DNA of 64,000 nucleotides from Candidatus Omnitrophota bacterium (GTDB taxonomy: Bacteria > Omnitrophota > Gorgyraeia > Tantalellales > Tantalellaceae), in the NCBI GenBank assembly GCA_034723315.1, contig JAYEOV010000017.1, forward strand, positions 6,612 through 70,611. The letters are read 5' to 3'. Every line of letters starts with the position of its first letter. Positions within the stretch are counted from its first letter, which is position 1. The translations under genes and the position numbers were made by a program. The notes beneath the pieces were generated by a model. That model did not search any database and was not told the origin of the DNA. It saw only the letters and a program-made list of their open reading frames with translations. This document shows, piece by piece, positions 51,097 to 62,011 of this stretch.

Positions 51097-51480
51097 ATGA
51101 AAAAGTGGATCATTAGTATCGTTGTCCTGGTCCTGTTGGGCCTGGGCGCTTTTGCGGGGTATATGTTCTATAGCGAAAAACAGGTCATGAATATGGAAAT
51201 AGGAGATGTGGATCTTTCTCGCGTTCCGGACGGCGAGTATAAGGGGAAGTGCGATTATATGATCTTTACCTGCAGAGCGGAAGTCTCGGTGCGGAACCAT
51301 CGTATAACGGGTATCAAGCTTTTTGAGGACAGGGATAGTAAATGGGTTGAACAGGCAAAAGGAGTTGCCCGGGACGTGCTCCGCGAACAGTCTTTGAAAG
51401 TAGATACGGTAACCGGCGCCACGATCACCAGTAAGGCTTTTCTAAAAGCCATAAGGAATGCTTTGACAAAGACTAAATGA
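51097..51480 (+). CDS. FMN-binding domain protein
   Basis: DGEYKG, flavinylation-type VDTVTGATITS motif, N-terminal anchor. Confidence 0.88.
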   Translation: MKKWIISIVVLVLLGLGAFAGYMFYSEKQVMNMEIGDVDLSRVPDGEYKGKCDYMIFTCRAEVSVRNHRITGIKLFEDRDSKWVEQAKGVARDVLREQSLKVDTVTGATITSKAFLKAIRNALTKTK

Positions 51481-51517
51481 CCTTTTTTTGCTATCTGTTA
51501 TAACGATGGGGATATTG

Positions 51518-53017
51518 ATGTTAAAACGGGTCTTATCAGCAATATTTGTTGTTTTCTTTCTGCTGGCGGGCATCCATGCGGAAGCAAAATATGCCGATCT
51601 TGCGGGATCGTGGTACTCTGATTCGCCTGTCAGGTTGAGGTCAGAGATCGAAGGGTATTTGCGGGATGCCCGGGTGGGCCGGATAGACGGCGAGGTCATA
51701 GGCGCCATAGTCCCGCATGCCGGTTTGAGGTTCTCCGGACCGGTAGCGGGGTACACGTATAAAGCGTTGATGGAAGCGAACCCTGACAAGGTCATTCTTG
51801 TCGGGTTCACCCACAGGAAATATTTTGCCGACAGCATATCCGTTTTTACCGACGAGGATTTTATCACGCCGCTGGGAAAGGCCCCGACAGATATGGGCCT
51901 GACCAAAAAGATCCTTTCTTATCACGAGAACATGAAGGATATTCCGGAAGCCTTCATCGGGGAGAACTCTATCGAGGTCGAGATCCCTTTTATACAGGTG
52001 GCCTTGAAGGATGCGCGTCTCGTATTGATCGCGCTTTGCGATCAGAGCAAGGAGAACTGCAGGATCCTTGCGGACGCGCTTCATGACGTTCTGCGCGACG
52101 AAAAGAACTTTGTGATATTGGCCAGCACGGATATGTCCCATCACCTCCCTTACGATGTAGCGAAGAAGCTGGATACCGGGACCATAGAAACGGTGAAACT
52201 GTTCGATCCGGAATTGTTTTACGAAAAAAGCGCGGAACAGCAGCCCCATGAGCACATGTGCGGTATGGGGGCAGTTTATTCCGTGATGACGGCGTGCAAA
52301 CGGCTCGGGGCTGATCAGGTGGAGATATTGAAATACGCGAATTCAGGTGACACTTCGGGAATGAAAAGCAGGGTTGTAGGATACTTGAGCGCGGTATTCA
52401 TAAAGAGCCGGGGAAAAGCGTCGAGCGGACGCGGGATAGATCAAAATGTCAAGGAGGAACAGCATATGTTTAACCGGACACAGAAGGAAAAGCTCCTGAA
52501 AATGGCCAGGGACACTATACATCATTATCTTGAAACAGGGAAACGTCTCGAGGTGGAAGTCGATGATGAAACGCTCAAGCAGGATATGGGGGCTTTTGTT
52601 ACCCTGCACAAACAGGGACAATTAAGAGGTTGCATAGGGCATATGGCAGCTACAGGCCCCCTGTATCTCACCGTCAGAGATATGGCTATCTCATCGGCAA
52701 CCGAGGACTGGAGATTCCCGCCCGTCAAGCTCGGCGATCTCGATGATATCGATATCGAGATATCGGCATTATCGCCGATGAGGAAGATAGATGATTATAA
52801 TGAAATAGAGATGGGCAAGCACGGGGTAATGGTGCGAATGGGGCGCAGAAGCGGCGTGTATCTGCCGCAGGTAGCCGACGAGACCGGCTGGGACAGGGAG
52901 CAGTTCATGAACAGCCTTTGCGCACACAAGGCCGGCATTCCCGCTGATGCCTGGAAGAAGGGGGAGTGCGAGATATACGTGTTTACCGCCGAGGTCTTCG
53001 GTGAAAAGGAAATTTAA
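51518..53017 (+). CDS. Memo-like + AMMECR1 fusion (AmmeMemoRadiSam proteins B and A)
   Basis: AGSWY, VPHAG, STDMSH, MCG (Memo); GAFVTL..LRGCIG, LPQV (AMMECR1). Confidence 0.9.
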   Translation: MLKRVLSAIFVVFFLLAGIHAEAKYADLAGSWYSDSPVRLRSEIEGYLRDARVGRIDGEVIGAIVPHAGLRFSGPVAGYTYKALMEANPDKVILVGFTHRKYFADSISVFTDEDFITPLGKAPTDMGLTKKILSYHENMKDIPEAFIGENSIEVEIPFIQVALKDARLVLIALCDQSKENCRILADALHDVLRDEKNFVILASTDMSHHLPYDVAKKLDTGTIETVKLFDPELFYEKSAEQQPHEHMCGMGAVYSVMTACKRLGADQVEILKYANSGDTSGMKSRVVGYLSAVFIKSRGKASSGRGIDQNVKEEQHMFNRTQKEKLLKMARDTIHHYLETGKRLEVEVDDETLKQDMGAFVTLHKQGQLRGCIGHMAATGPLYLTVRDMAISSATEDWRFPPVKLGDLDDIDIEISALSPMRKIDDYNEIEMGKHGVMVRMGRRSGVYLPQVADETGWDREQFMNSLCAHKAGIPADAWKKGECEIYVFTAEVFGEKEI

Positions 53018-53083
53018 AGAAAATAAGCCGTCCACGGTCCACAGTCAACGGTCGACCATGGGGAACGGGTCCGGAAGGAAGAT

Positions 53084-53821
53084 ATGAGCAGATTCTATGT
53101 TCCGAAAGAGAATGTCGGGGAGAGAGAGATCGTCGTGAACGGGAAAGAAGCCCACCATATACTTGATGTTATGAGGATGCAGGACGGCGATGAAGTCGTT
53201 GTTTTTGACGGCACAGGCAAAGAATATACGGGTTTTATAAAGGATGCCGACAGGAGATCCGGAAAAATGATCATCGAGATCGTTCGCCAGAAGAGGCCCG
53301 CCGCGGAAAGTATTCCAGAGATAACTCTTGCCCAGGCCGTCCCGAAACAAAGCAAGATAGATTACATTATAGAAAAGGCGACGGAACTGGGGGTGTCCCG
53401 CATAGTGCCTTTGATCACGGAGCGCACGATCGTCAGGCCGGACGCCGGCGGCAGCGGCAAAAAGCTCGAAAGATGGCGGAAGATCGCGGTTGAGGCCTCC
53501 AAACAGTGCGGCAGGACAAGCGTCCCTAAGGTCGAAGAGATCACGGATTTCAAGGATATGGTGAAGATGACTGACCGGTACGACTTGGTTCTGCTGGCCT
53601 GCCTTGCTGAAAGATCGATCTCTATCAAGGATTCTTTATCCGGCTTTAAAACGGGCAAGGTTCTGGTATTTATAGGCCCGGAAGGAGACTTTACGCCGGA
53701 AGAGAGGCGGCTGGCGGACAGGGATAACTGCAGGTTCGTGTCTCTTGGCAGGAGGGTTTTAAGAAGCGATACCGCGGGGCTTTTCGTCCTTTCCGTTCTT
53801 AATTACGAGTATTCACTATAA
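53084..53821 (+). CDS. rsmE: 16S rRNA m3U1498 methyltransferase
   Basis: KATELGV, EASKQCGR, IGPEGDF, SLGRRVLRSDTA. Confidence 0.95.
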   Translation: MSRFYVPKENVGEREIVVNGKEAHHILDVMRMQDGDEVVVFDGTGKEYTGFIKDADRRSGKMIIEIVRQKRPAAESIPEITLAQAVPKQSKIDYIIEKATELGVSRIVPLITERTIVRPDAGGSGKKLERWRKIAVEASKQCGRTSVPKVEEITDFKDMVKMTDRYDLVLLACLAERSISIKDSLSGFKTGKVLVFIGPEGDFTPEERRLADRDNCRFVSLGRRVLRSDTAGLFVLSVLNYEYSL

Positions 53822-53900
53822 AAATTGGTCCGCTGTTCACTGTTGACGGCCCGCTGGCTGTGGACAATTGCCGGTGAACGGTGGTCCATTAACTTTAACT

Positions 53901-55190
53901 GTGAAAGAACCAAAATTCGCGATAAAAACCCTGGGTTGCAAGGTCAACCAGTACGAGGAACAGGTCCTTAGGGAGAACCTTCAGCGTTTCGGTTTCAGCG
54001 AGAGCGAGCCCCGGACCGCTGACATTTTTATTGTCAATTCATGCACTGTCACCGGCAAGGCCGACCTGAAAACAAGACGATTGATACGGCAGGTCAAAAG
54101 AGGGAACCCGGAGATAAAGATCTTTGTCACCGGCTGTTACGCCGTCTTTGAAAAGGATATAGAAAGGCTCAGTTACATGCCGGAAGTGTTTAAGGTGATC
54201 CCCGCGAAAGATAAGCTGCGCCTGCCGGTCATGATCAAGGATCTCTTCGGCATAAAGCGCGGGGACATGGGCGTGAGGGAGCAGATATCCCGGTTCAACT
54301 CTCATAGCAGGGCTTTCCTGAAAATACAGGATGGATGCGATCAAAACTGCGCCTATTGTAAGGTAAGCCTTGTCAGGGGCCCTTCAAGGTGCAGGGACGA
54401 ACGGGAAGTCATAGGAGAGGTAACGCGACTTTCAAAAGCGGGGTATAGGGAGATCGTCCTGACCGGTATATGTCTCGGCTCCTGGAAAGGGAGCAAGGGG
54501 CAGAGTATTTCACGTCTTTTAAAGGAGATGGACGGAATGGACGGGATGTTCAGAATACGCCTCAGCTCTATCGAACCGGATTTAATAGATGATCTCCTGA
54601 TCGGAACGATCGCAGGGTCAAGGAGGATCTGCAGGCACCTCCATATCCCTCTTCAGAGCGGGTCTGACCGGGTATTGAAAAGGATGAACAGAAGATATGA
54701 TACGGAACGGTTCAGGGAACTTATCCGGAATATACGAGGACAGATGCCTTTTGCCGGGATCACCATGGATATCATCACGGGTTTCCCGGGCGAGGACGGG
54801 ACGGATTTTTACAGGACCATGATGCTTGTCAAGGAGACAAAACCATCACGGCTTCATGTTTTTAAATACAGCGACAGGGAGGGAACAAGGTCCTTCGATC
54901 TAGAGGGAAAAGTCCACGTTCGAACAGCGAAAGAACGGGCAAAACGTTTGATAGAGGCTGGTAAAGAGCTTCAGGCCGGGTTTTGCCGCAATTTTGCGGG
55001 TAGAAGAGTAGAAGTGCTTGTAGAGAAAAAGAACGGGACCATGCTCGAGGGGTATACAGGCGAGTATGTCAGGGCGAGAATGGAAGGGTATCAAGCATCT
55101 GAAGGTGATCTGATAAGCATAGAAGTGAATGATATTGATGAAGAAACCCCTTGTGTAGTGAACAAAAAGGGGTCAAGTCTTAAAATTTAA
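53901..55190 (+). CDS. mtaB: tRNA t6A37 methylthiotransferase
   Basis: TLGCKVNQYE, NSCTVT, CDQNCAYC, RLSSIEP; follows rsmE. Confidence 0.92.
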   Translation: MKEPKFAIKTLGCKVNQYEEQVLRENLQRFGFSESEPRTADIFIVNSCTVTGKADLKTRRLIRQVKRGNPEIKIFVTGCYAVFEKDIERLSYMPEVFKVIPAKDKLRLPVMIKDLFGIKRGDMGVREQISRFNSHSRAFLKIQDGCDQNCAYCKVSLVRGPSRCRDEREVIGEVTRLSKAGYREIVLTGICLGSWKGSKGQSISRLLKEMDGMDGMFRIRLSSIEPDLIDDLLIGTIAGSRRICRHLHIPLQSGSDRVLKRMNRRYDTERFRELIRNIRGQMPFAGITMDIITGFPGEDGTDFYRTMMLVKETKPSRLHVFKYSDREGTRSFDLEGKVHVRTAKERAKRLIEAGKELQAGFCRNFAGRRVEVLVEKKNGTMLEGYTGEYVRARMEGYQASEGDLISIEVNDIDEETPCVVNKKGSSLKI

Positions 55191-55244
55191 CTTAACAAGC
55201 ATATAGGGGTCAAATCGTTAAGTTAAATTTTAAGACTTCACCCC
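55169..55244. mobile_element. Non-autonomous copy of the GGGGTCAAG element
   Basis: 28-bp arms 55169-55196 / 55217-55244 (one mismatch); the outer 25 bp of the left arm match the 38892 repeat. Confidence 0.85.
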
Positions 55245-55297
55245 TATATTCCCGCTTATAATATGATATACTTTTGATTCTATTAGAAGGGAAAGTC

Positions 55298-55855
55298 TTG
55301 CCTGAGATATTAAAGAGTTTTAACTGGCTTGATATACTTTTCGTAATCCTTTTGCTAGGAATGATTTATAAAGGATCACGAACGGGTGTCGGTGGTCAGA
55401 TCCTTTCTCTTGTTGGCTGGTTCGTTTTACTTTTTATTTCTATAGGATATTATCGCCTTTTATCTGAAGCGATATTTGGTTTTTTGTTACAAAAATGGGC
55501 AAAACCTGTATCGTTTTTTCTTATTTCAGTTATCATATTCACGGTCATCAAGTTTCTTGAGAGAGTTTTTAATGTAATAAGCGACGGGGAACTCGCGATC
55601 ATAGAGAGAATTGGCGGGGCTCTTGTCGCTTCTTTAAGGGCCTGTTTATTATTCGGTGTCATAGGGATCCTGCTTTTGCTGATTCCCATTGATTACGCGC
55701 GTATTACGGTCACAGAAAAGTCGAGGACGGGGATGTTCTTTGTTGATATTGACGCGCAGATCTACAGCTGGATATCGGATGTCACGGGTGTCCCCGCGAA
55801 AAGAACAAAAGATGAACTTCTGAACGAATTTCTGGCCACTGAAAAAGAGAAGTAA
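55298..55855 (+). CDS. CvpA family membrane protein
   Basis: NWLDILF..G.R.G, ERIGGA, several TM helices. Confidence 0.75.
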   Translation: MPEILKSFNWLDILFVILLLGMIYKGSRTGVGGQILSLVGWFVLLFISIGYYRLLSEAIFGFLLQKWAKPVSFFLISVIIFTVIKFLERVFNVISDGELAIIERIGGALVASLRACLLFGVIGILLLLIPIDYARITVTEKSRTGMFFVDIDAQIYSWISDVTGVPAKRTKDELLNEFLATEKEK

Positions 55856-55869
55856 AGATAAGGAGAAAC

Positions 55870-56826
55870 ATGAAACTAAGAACGATTTACGAATTGGCTG
55901 TAAAGAAGGCGTTGAGGGAGGATCAGCGGCCGAAAAATGTCATTGAAAAGGGACTTAAAAAAACCGGAAAAGAGTACAGAAAAACGAAAGGCATCGACAG
56001 GATCGCCTTTGACAGGGAGAGCCTCAAGCATCCTTATGCCGATACAAGGATATTATACGGGACCGGGAACGAAGAAGTTAAAACCGTTATGATGGGTATA
56101 GATATCGACGTCGGGGAAATTTTGCTGGCGGACCGGCTGCGCGAAAAAGGGATAAAGATAGACCTGGTGATTTCTCACCATCCTGCGGGAAGGGCTTACG
56201 CGGGGCTTCACAAGGTGATGGATATCCAGCCGAGTTTGTGGGAAAAGTACGGTCTCTCCGAAGAGGTGGCGCAGGGCATAATGAAGGAGCGTATGGAGCA
56301 GGTCATGCGGGGCGTCGCGCCTGCAAACCATACCAGGGCGCAGGATGCGGCCCGGATCCTTGATATACCTTTTATGTGCACGCACACGGCGGCTGACAAC
56401 TGTGTGGCGGCATATCTCCAGAAACAGTTCGATAGAAAAAAACCGAAAAAGATAAGGAACGTGATCAATATCTTAAAAAGTATCCCCGAGTACAAAGAGG
56501 CCGTAAAAAACGGCGCCGGCCCGTTCATTCTCATAGGTAAGGAGGATGAAGCGGCCGGCAGGATATTCGTGGACATGACCGGGGGGACTTCGGGGCCTGA
56601 CAGGATGTTCGCCCGGCTTTCACAGTCGGGGGTCAAGACCATCGTGGGAATGCACTGCAAGGAATCAGCTTTCAAGGTCGCCAAGTCAGAGTTTATCAAT
56701 TACGTTATCGCGGGACATATCTGCAGCGATACGCTCGGCATGAATCTTCTGTTCGACGCGGTAGAAAAAAAGGGCAGGCTGAATTTCATAGAATGTTCGG
56801 GGTTCAAGAGGATCAGGAGGGGATAG
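55870..56826 (+). CDS. NIF3-like (NGG1p-interacting factor) metal-binding protein
   Basis: PYADTRIL, GIDID, ISHHP, HTAADN, IAGH..SD.LGMN. Confidence 0.8.
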   Translation: MKLRTIYELAVKKALREDQRPKNVIEKGLKKTGKEYRKTKGIDRIAFDRESLKHPYADTRILYGTGNEEVKTVMMGIDIDVGEILLADRLREKGIKIDLVISHHPAGRAYAGLHKVMDIQPSLWEKYGLSEEVAQGIMKERMEQVMRGVAPANHTRAQDAARILDIPFMCTHTAADNCVAAYLQKQFDRKKPKKIRNVINILKSIPEYKEAVKNGAGPFILIGKEDEAAGRIFVDMTGGTSGPDRMFARLSQSGVKTIVGMHCKESAFKVAKSEFINYVIAGHICSDTLGMNLLFDAVEKKGRLNFIECSGFKRIRRG

Positions 56827-56833
56827 GGCTTTA

Positions 56834-58606
56834 ATGGGAAGGATACCTCAGGAGACAATAGACCAGATACTGGACAGGCTTGATATCGTGGAAGTCGTTT
56901 CGGACTACATCCAGCTTAAGCGGGTGGGGAAGAACTTCAAAGCGTGCTGCCCTTTCCACAACGAAAAGACGCCTTCCTTTATTGTCAGTCCGGATAAACA
57001 GATCTATCATTGTTTCGGATGCGGCGCGGGGGGCAACGCTATCGGGTTTGTGATGAAACATGAAAATATGGATTTTATCGAGGCGGTAGAAGCCCTGGCC
57101 GCGAAAGCCAGTGTGGAACTTCCGAAGTTCAGGAAGGACGAAAGCCCTGAAGATTCCCTGGGCTCCCGGATCTATGAGATGAACAAGGTCGCGGCGACCT
57201 TTTACCAGAACTTTCTGCGGAGCGACAGGGGCAGGAAAGCTCTTGAGTATCTCAGGAAGCGTGGTGTTAACGCTGAAACGCTGACCGAGTTCAGGATCGG
57301 TTACGTTCCCGATGAGTGGGATCTTTTCCGGAAATATTGCGAGGAGAAGAAAATGCCTGCCGATATTCTCAGGAAAGCCGGGCTTACCATCAAGAGCGAA
57401 AAAGGCAGGGGGGATTACGACAGGTTCAGGAACAGGATAATTTTTCCGATCTTCAACGAAAGAGGGAATATCGTCGCTTTCGGCGGAAGGGTGATGGACC
57501 AGTCTCTGCCAAAGTACATAAATTCGCCGGAAACCCTTGTTTACAATAAAAGCAACGTTCTTTACGGCCTTAATTTCAGCAAGAAGGGGATAAGGGAGGC
57601 GGATTGCGCGGTGATAGTGGAAGGATACATGGACGTGATCATCCCTTACCAGCACGGCGTCAGGAATATCGTAGCTACTTCGGGAACGGCCCTCACCCCG
57701 AGACAGGTCAGGATGCTTAAAAAGTATACCGATACGGCCGTGATGGTGTTTGACGCCGACCAGGCCGGGGAAACCGCCAGCCTGAGAGGCCTGGATATCC
57801 TTGTAGCCGGCGGTATAAATGTGCGTATCGCCACGCTGCCGGAAGGGGAGGACCCGGACAGTTTCGTGAGGAAATACGGCAGGGAAAAACTTGAAGGGAT
57901 ACTTGGTAAAGCTAAAGGCCTGTTCGATTATAAACTGGACCTTCTGGTCGATAAACTGGGCGAACGCGACATAGGCGGCATAGTGGACGAAATGCTTCCG
58001 ACGATATCAAAGGTCGATAACGCCGTTATACAGTCCGATTATCTCAAGAAACTCGCGGAACGTCTCGGCATACACGAGGCGTCGTTAAGGTATGAGATGG
58101 GCAAAGTGAAGCCGGACTATTCCTACCATTACGAAACGGAAGCCGGTGTAGATACTAATTCGCGGAACTACAGGAGCAGCGAGATCCATCTTCTGGGGCT
58201 GGCCATATCCGACTGTAAGATGTTTGACAGGATACGCGGAGACCTCGGGCTGGATAAATTCCGCGACCCCAACGTTAAAAAGGTCATGATGTCAATTCAG
58301 GGCCTGTTCGATAAAGGGGGAAAAGAGATCACCCCGGGAAAATTATTGAGCAGGTTCGAGAATGATGAGCAAGCAAAGTCGGCTATCGTTCAGGCGGTCG
58401 CCAAGGCAGATATCACGGAGGACCATGACAGGGTATTGACGGACTGTGTTTTCTGCGTGCGTAAGGAGAACTGGGAAGATGAATCGAACAGACTCGCTCT
58501 AATGATGAAGAATACCAGAGACGCGGATGAGATAATGGAATTGGCCAGAAAGGTCAAGGATATCAAGATCAAGCTCAATAGTATCCACAACGAGAAGGTA
58601 GCGTAA
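56834..58606 (+). CDS. dnaG: DNA primase
   Basis: [42 protein letters not shown]. Confidence 0.97.
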   Translation: MGRIPQETIDQILDRLDIVEVVSDYIQLKRVGKNFKACCPFHNEKTPSFIVSPDKQIYHCFGCGAGGNAIGFVMKHENMDFIEAVEALAAKASVELPKFRKDESPEDSLGSRIYEMNKVAATFYQNFLRSDRGRKALEYLRKRGVNAETLTEFRIGYVPDEWDLFRKYCEEKKMPADILRKAGLTIKSEKGRGDYDRFRNRIIFPIFNERGNIVAFGGRVMDQSLPKYINSPETLVYNKSNVLYGLNFSKKGIREADCAVIVEGYMDVIIPYQHGVRNIVATSGTALTPRQVRMLKKYTDTAVMVFDADQAGETASLRGLDILVAGGINVRIATLPEGEDPDSFVRKYGREKLEGILGKAKGLFDYKLDLLVDKLGERDIGGIVDEMLPTISKVDNAVIQSDYLKKLAERLGIHEASLRYEMGKVKPDYSYHYETEAGVDTNSRNYRSSEIHLLGLAISDCKMFDRIRGDLGLDKFRDPNVKKVMMSIQGLFDKGGKEITPGKLLSRFENDEQAKSAIVQAVAKADITEDHDRVLTDCVFCVRKENWEDESNRLALMMKNTRDADEIMELARKVKDIKIKLNSIHNEKVA

Positions 58607-58608
58607 AT

Positions 58609-60225
58609 ATGCCGAGGAAAAAGAAACTCAACAAAACGGCAAAAGAGAAAAAGAAGGAAGTCCACCGGGAAGAAGCGGAGCAGAAGGATGACCACGAGAC
58701 GAGCAGGTCAGCCGTTCTCCGTAAACTTATCAGGGCCGGCAAAGACAAAGGTTACCTCAGTTACGATGAGGTAAACGAGATTCTGCCGGAGGAGGTAGTC
58801 TCTTCCGACGAGATAGAAGAGGTGATAACCGCCCTTCACAGCGCGGACATAAAAGTTGTGGATTCAGAAGAGGAGGTGGAAAGGATCCCGCTGGCTGTAA
58901 AGAGGGATCGGGAGAAGCTGAAGGCGCGTAAATTCGTCCAGATAGACGACCCTGTCAAGATGTACCTGAAACAGATGGGACAGATCCCGCTTTTGAGCCG
59001 CGGCGAAGAACTGGATCTCGCGAAACGTATCAAAAAGAAAGAGAAAGAGTACAAAGAGATAGTCTTCAGGATAAAGATGGGCAGGGAGCTTGCCCTTGAG
59101 TCGATAGAAGAAGCTCTGGACAATGATTATAATCTGGATGATGTTCTCGATGTGGACCCCGGAGCCGATTACAACAAGCTGGAAAAACGGAAAAGGCTCC
59201 TGATAAGACGTCTCCGGCTTTCCAGGAAGCTGGAGACCGTAAAGAAGCTGATGAACAAGCTTAGGGTTGCGGTGACGCTTACCGAAAAGGTAGCCGAAGA
59301 TATCACTCAACCCATGGAGCAAGCGAAGAGCCTCAAGAACAAGGTCGACAGGCTTAAGAAAGAGCGTGGCAAAAAAGAGCTAAAAGCCGCGCAAAACCAG
59401 ATGAGGAAACTGCTAAGCCAGTTGGGCAGGCCCGCTGACCGGATAGTCGATGATACGGACGAGCTCAAGGATATCAGGGCACAGTACATAAAGGCAAAGA
59501 AAGAGCTTGTAGCTGCCAACCTGAGGCTTGTCGTGAGTATCGCCAAAAAGTATACCAACAGGGGCCTTTCATTTTTGGACCTCATACAGGAAGGGAATAT
59601 GGGGCTGATGAAGGCGGTGGATAAGTTCGAGTATGAAAGAGGATATAAATTCAGCACTTACGCGACCTGGTGGATACGCCAGGCTATAACACGTTCGATA
59701 GCGGACCAATCAAGGACTATCCGCATCCCGGTGCACATGACCGAGACGATAAACAAACTGGTAAGGGTTTCAAGGGCTCTTGTGCAGGAAAACGGAAGGG
59801 AACCTACGCCCGAAGAGATATCCTCGGCGATGAAGATCCCCGCAGAAAAGGTAAGAGGCATCATCAAGATCGCGCAGCACCCGATCTCGCTGGAAACACC
59901 CATAGGGGATGAGGGTGACACCAGCTTCGGGGATTTTATTGAGGACAAGGCCGCTATTTCTCCCGCGAATGCCACTGCCTACGCGATGCTTAAAGAACAG
60001 ATGGACGATGTTCTGGAGACGCTCACGGAACGCGAGCGGAAAGTTTTAACACTCAGGTTCGGCATAGGCGATGGATATACGCGGACACTGGAAGAAGTGG
60101 GCAAAATATTCAACGTGACGAGGGAAAGGGTCCGCCAGATAGAGGCGAAGGCCCTGAAAAAGTTAAGACATCCGATAAGGGCCAAGAAACTTAAGAATTT
60201 TCTTGATATTGGTTTCTCGGAATAA
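58609..60225 (+). CDS. rpoD: Primary sigma factor RpoD
   Basis: [44 protein letters not shown]. Confidence 0.97.
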   Translation: MPRKKKLNKTAKEKKKEVHREEAEQKDDHETSRSAVLRKLIRAGKDKGYLSYDEVNEILPEEVVSSDEIEEVITALHSADIKVVDSEEEVERIPLAVKRDREKLKARKFVQIDDPVKMYLKQMGQIPLLSRGEELDLAKRIKKKEKEYKEIVFRIKMGRELALESIEEALDNDYNLDDVLDVDPGADYNKLEKRKRLLIRRLRLSRKLETVKKLMNKLRVAVTLTEKVAEDITQPMEQAKSLKNKVDRLKKERGKKELKAAQNQMRKLLSQLGRPADRIVDDTDELKDIRAQYIKAKKELVAANLRLVVSIAKKYTNRGLSFLDLIQEGNMGLMKAVDKFEYERGYKFSTYATWWIRQAITRSIADQSRTIRIPVHMTETINKLVRVSRALVQENGREPTPEEISSAMKIPAEKVRGIIKIAQHPISLETPIGDEGDTSFGDFIEDKAAISPANATAYAMLKEQMDDVLETLTERERKVLTLRFGIGDGYTRTLEEVGKIFNVTRERVRQIEAKALKKLRHPIRAKKLKNFLDIGFSE

Positions 60226-60298
60226 AATGAACGTTCCTTTTCCGGACCGGCTGTACGGATCAACAGAAATGTAGATATTATTTTTTAATAAAACATTT

Positions 60299-60426
60299 AA
60301 GGATCCATTTCATAACCCCGTTCATTGCGAGGCTGAGCGAAAAAGCCATTAACTTGTTGCTCCAAAAACGCAGTCAATGATTTTTGCAGCCAGCGGAAGT
60401 AGAACAGGGTTATGAAATGGGTTCTA
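60299..60426 (-). mobile_element. MITE (short copy)
   Basis: CCATTTCATAAC / GTTATGAAATGG termini; reverse-complement homologue of 63272-63453 lacking its central hairpin. Confidence 0.8.
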
Positions 60427-60440
60427 AGGAAGGAGAGGAG

Positions 60441-60668
60441 ATGCAGGACATAAACGTAGAACTTTTCATCCCGGGGGAACTCAAGGACGAACCGATCATA
60501 TGCCACATAATAAAGAACTTCAATATCACCTTGAAGATCGTTGAAGCGTCTTTTTCGACCGAAAGCGGCTGGGCTTATCTTATCCTGAACGGCGAGAAAA
60601 GTGAAATAGACAGGGTTTTTGACTTCCTCCGCGGCAAAGGGATAAACGTTCAGATCAGAGAGAAATAA
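60441..60668 (+). CDS. NIL domain protein
   Basis: EPIICHI..F.I...I..A......GW..L.L.G pattern; strong Shine-Dalgarno. Confidence 0.8.
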   Translation: MQDINVELFIPGELKDEPIICHIIKNFNITLKIVEASFSTESGWAYLILNGEKSEIDRVFDFLRGKGINVQIREK

Positions 60669-60749
60669 AGCGCCAGGCGGATCATTTATCGATCCCCGCG
60701 TTTCAGGCCGGATACCGATTTTCCTTTGCTTTTGTTTTTATTTCCAACG

Positions 60750-61496
60750 ATGAAACGCGTAAAATTTTTGCATGATGGCTGCGCATACAACGGTGTTCTT
60801 AACGGCGATGCGGTGTATGCAGACGCGCCGTGTGAAGGAGCCGGACAATTTGATCTTGGCCGGATCACACTTCTTGCCCCTGTGGAACCTTCAAAAATAG
60901 TCCTGGTCGGGCTTAATTACAGGGATCACGCGAGGGAGCTCGGTATGCCGGTCCCGGAAGAGCCCATTATTTTTTTGAAACCTCCTACCGCCGTTATCGG
61001 CCCTTCCCAGGAAATATTTTATCCCGGTTGTTCTTTCAGGGTCGATTATGAAGCGGAACTCGGAGTGGTTATAAAGGACAGAATAAGGGGTATCGGAAAG
61101 GAGGAAGCGGCTGACCATATAGCGGGATATACGTGTTTGAACGATGTCACAGCGAGGGATCTGCAGAAGAAGGACACGCAATGGAGCAGGGCGAAATCTT
61201 TCGATACATTTGCCCCCGTGGGTCCGTGGATAGAGACGGATCTTGATCCGTCCGATCTCAGGATATGTTCATATCTTAACGGGGAATTAAAGCAGGATTC
61301 CAGAACATCCGAGTTCGTTTTCAGCGTCCCGGAGCTGGTAGAGTTCATTTCGGGGATAATGACCTTGCTACCCGGTGATGTAATAGCTACAGGGACTCCG
61401 CCGGGGACCGGGCCGATGAACCCGGGTGACGAAGTGGTTATCGAGATCGAGGGTATCGGCAGGCTGGCTAACCGGGTATGTGCCGGAAAGGTTTGA
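60750..61496 (+). CDS. Fumarylacetoacetate hydrolase family protein
   Basis: GLNYRDH, FLKP, DYEAEL, NDVTARD, KSFDTF, TGTP. Confidence 0.92.
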   Translation: MKRVKFLHDGCAYNGVLNGDAVYADAPCEGAGQFDLGRITLLAPVEPSKIVLVGLNYRDHARELGMPVPEEPIIFLKPPTAVIGPSQEIFYPGCSFRVDYEAELGVVIKDRIRGIGKEEAADHIAGYTCLNDVTARDLQKKDTQWSRAKSFDTFAPVGPWIETDLDPSDLRICSYLNGELKQDSRTSEFVFSVPELVEFISGIMTLLPGDVIATGTPPGTGPMNPGDEVVIEIEGIGRLANRVCAGKV

Positions 61497-61503
61497 TCCA
61501 TAG

Positions 61504-61956
61504 ATGAGAATTGTGCTGCAGAGAGTCAATGAGGCCTCTGTCGTTGTCGAAGGGACAGAGATATCCGCTATTGAAAGAGGTTTTCTGCTGCTGGTCGGTG
61601 TCGGAAAAGGCGATACCCGGGAAACGGCCGCGGCGATGGCGGCAAAGATAAGTAAACTGAGGGTATTTCAGGACGAGAACGGAAAGATGAACCTCGATCT
61701 GAAACAGGTCCGCGGAGAGGTGTTAAGCGTCCCTCAGTTCACTCTCCTGGGGAACACCGGCAAAGGCAACAGGCCCGGTTTTGACGCCGCCGCCGCTCCT
61801 CAGGAGGCGAAGATATTGTGGAAAAAATTCAACGAAGATATTCGTTCCACGGGTATACCCGTTAAGGAAGGGGAGTTCAGCGCATGTATGGAGGTGAAGC
61901 TCGTCAACGACGGTCCCGTGACTTTTGTGATGGATTCGGAGCAGGTCAGGGCCTGA
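61504..61956 (+). CDS. dtd: D-aminoacyl-tRNA deacylase
   Basis: MRIVLQRV, QFTL, GNRP, NDGPVT. Confidence 0.95.
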   Translation: MRIVLQRVNEASVVVEGTEISAIERGFLLLVGVGKGDTRETAAAMAAKISKLRVFQDENGKMNLDLKQVRGEVLSVPQFTLLGNTGKGNRPGFDAAAAPQEAKILWKKFNEDIRSTGIPVKEGEFSACMEVKLVNDGPVTFVMDSEQVRA

Positions 61957-62011
61957 TCCTCGATTTGGTTCTCTCACACTGCGGTGCTCGCGTGTCGATA
62001 AGGAGGGATAA

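Noticed and set aside
50105-51480. tRNA-Ala as the attachment site of an island
   Set aside because: No integrase, no duplicated tRNA 3' end seen, and downstream genes have host-like composition.
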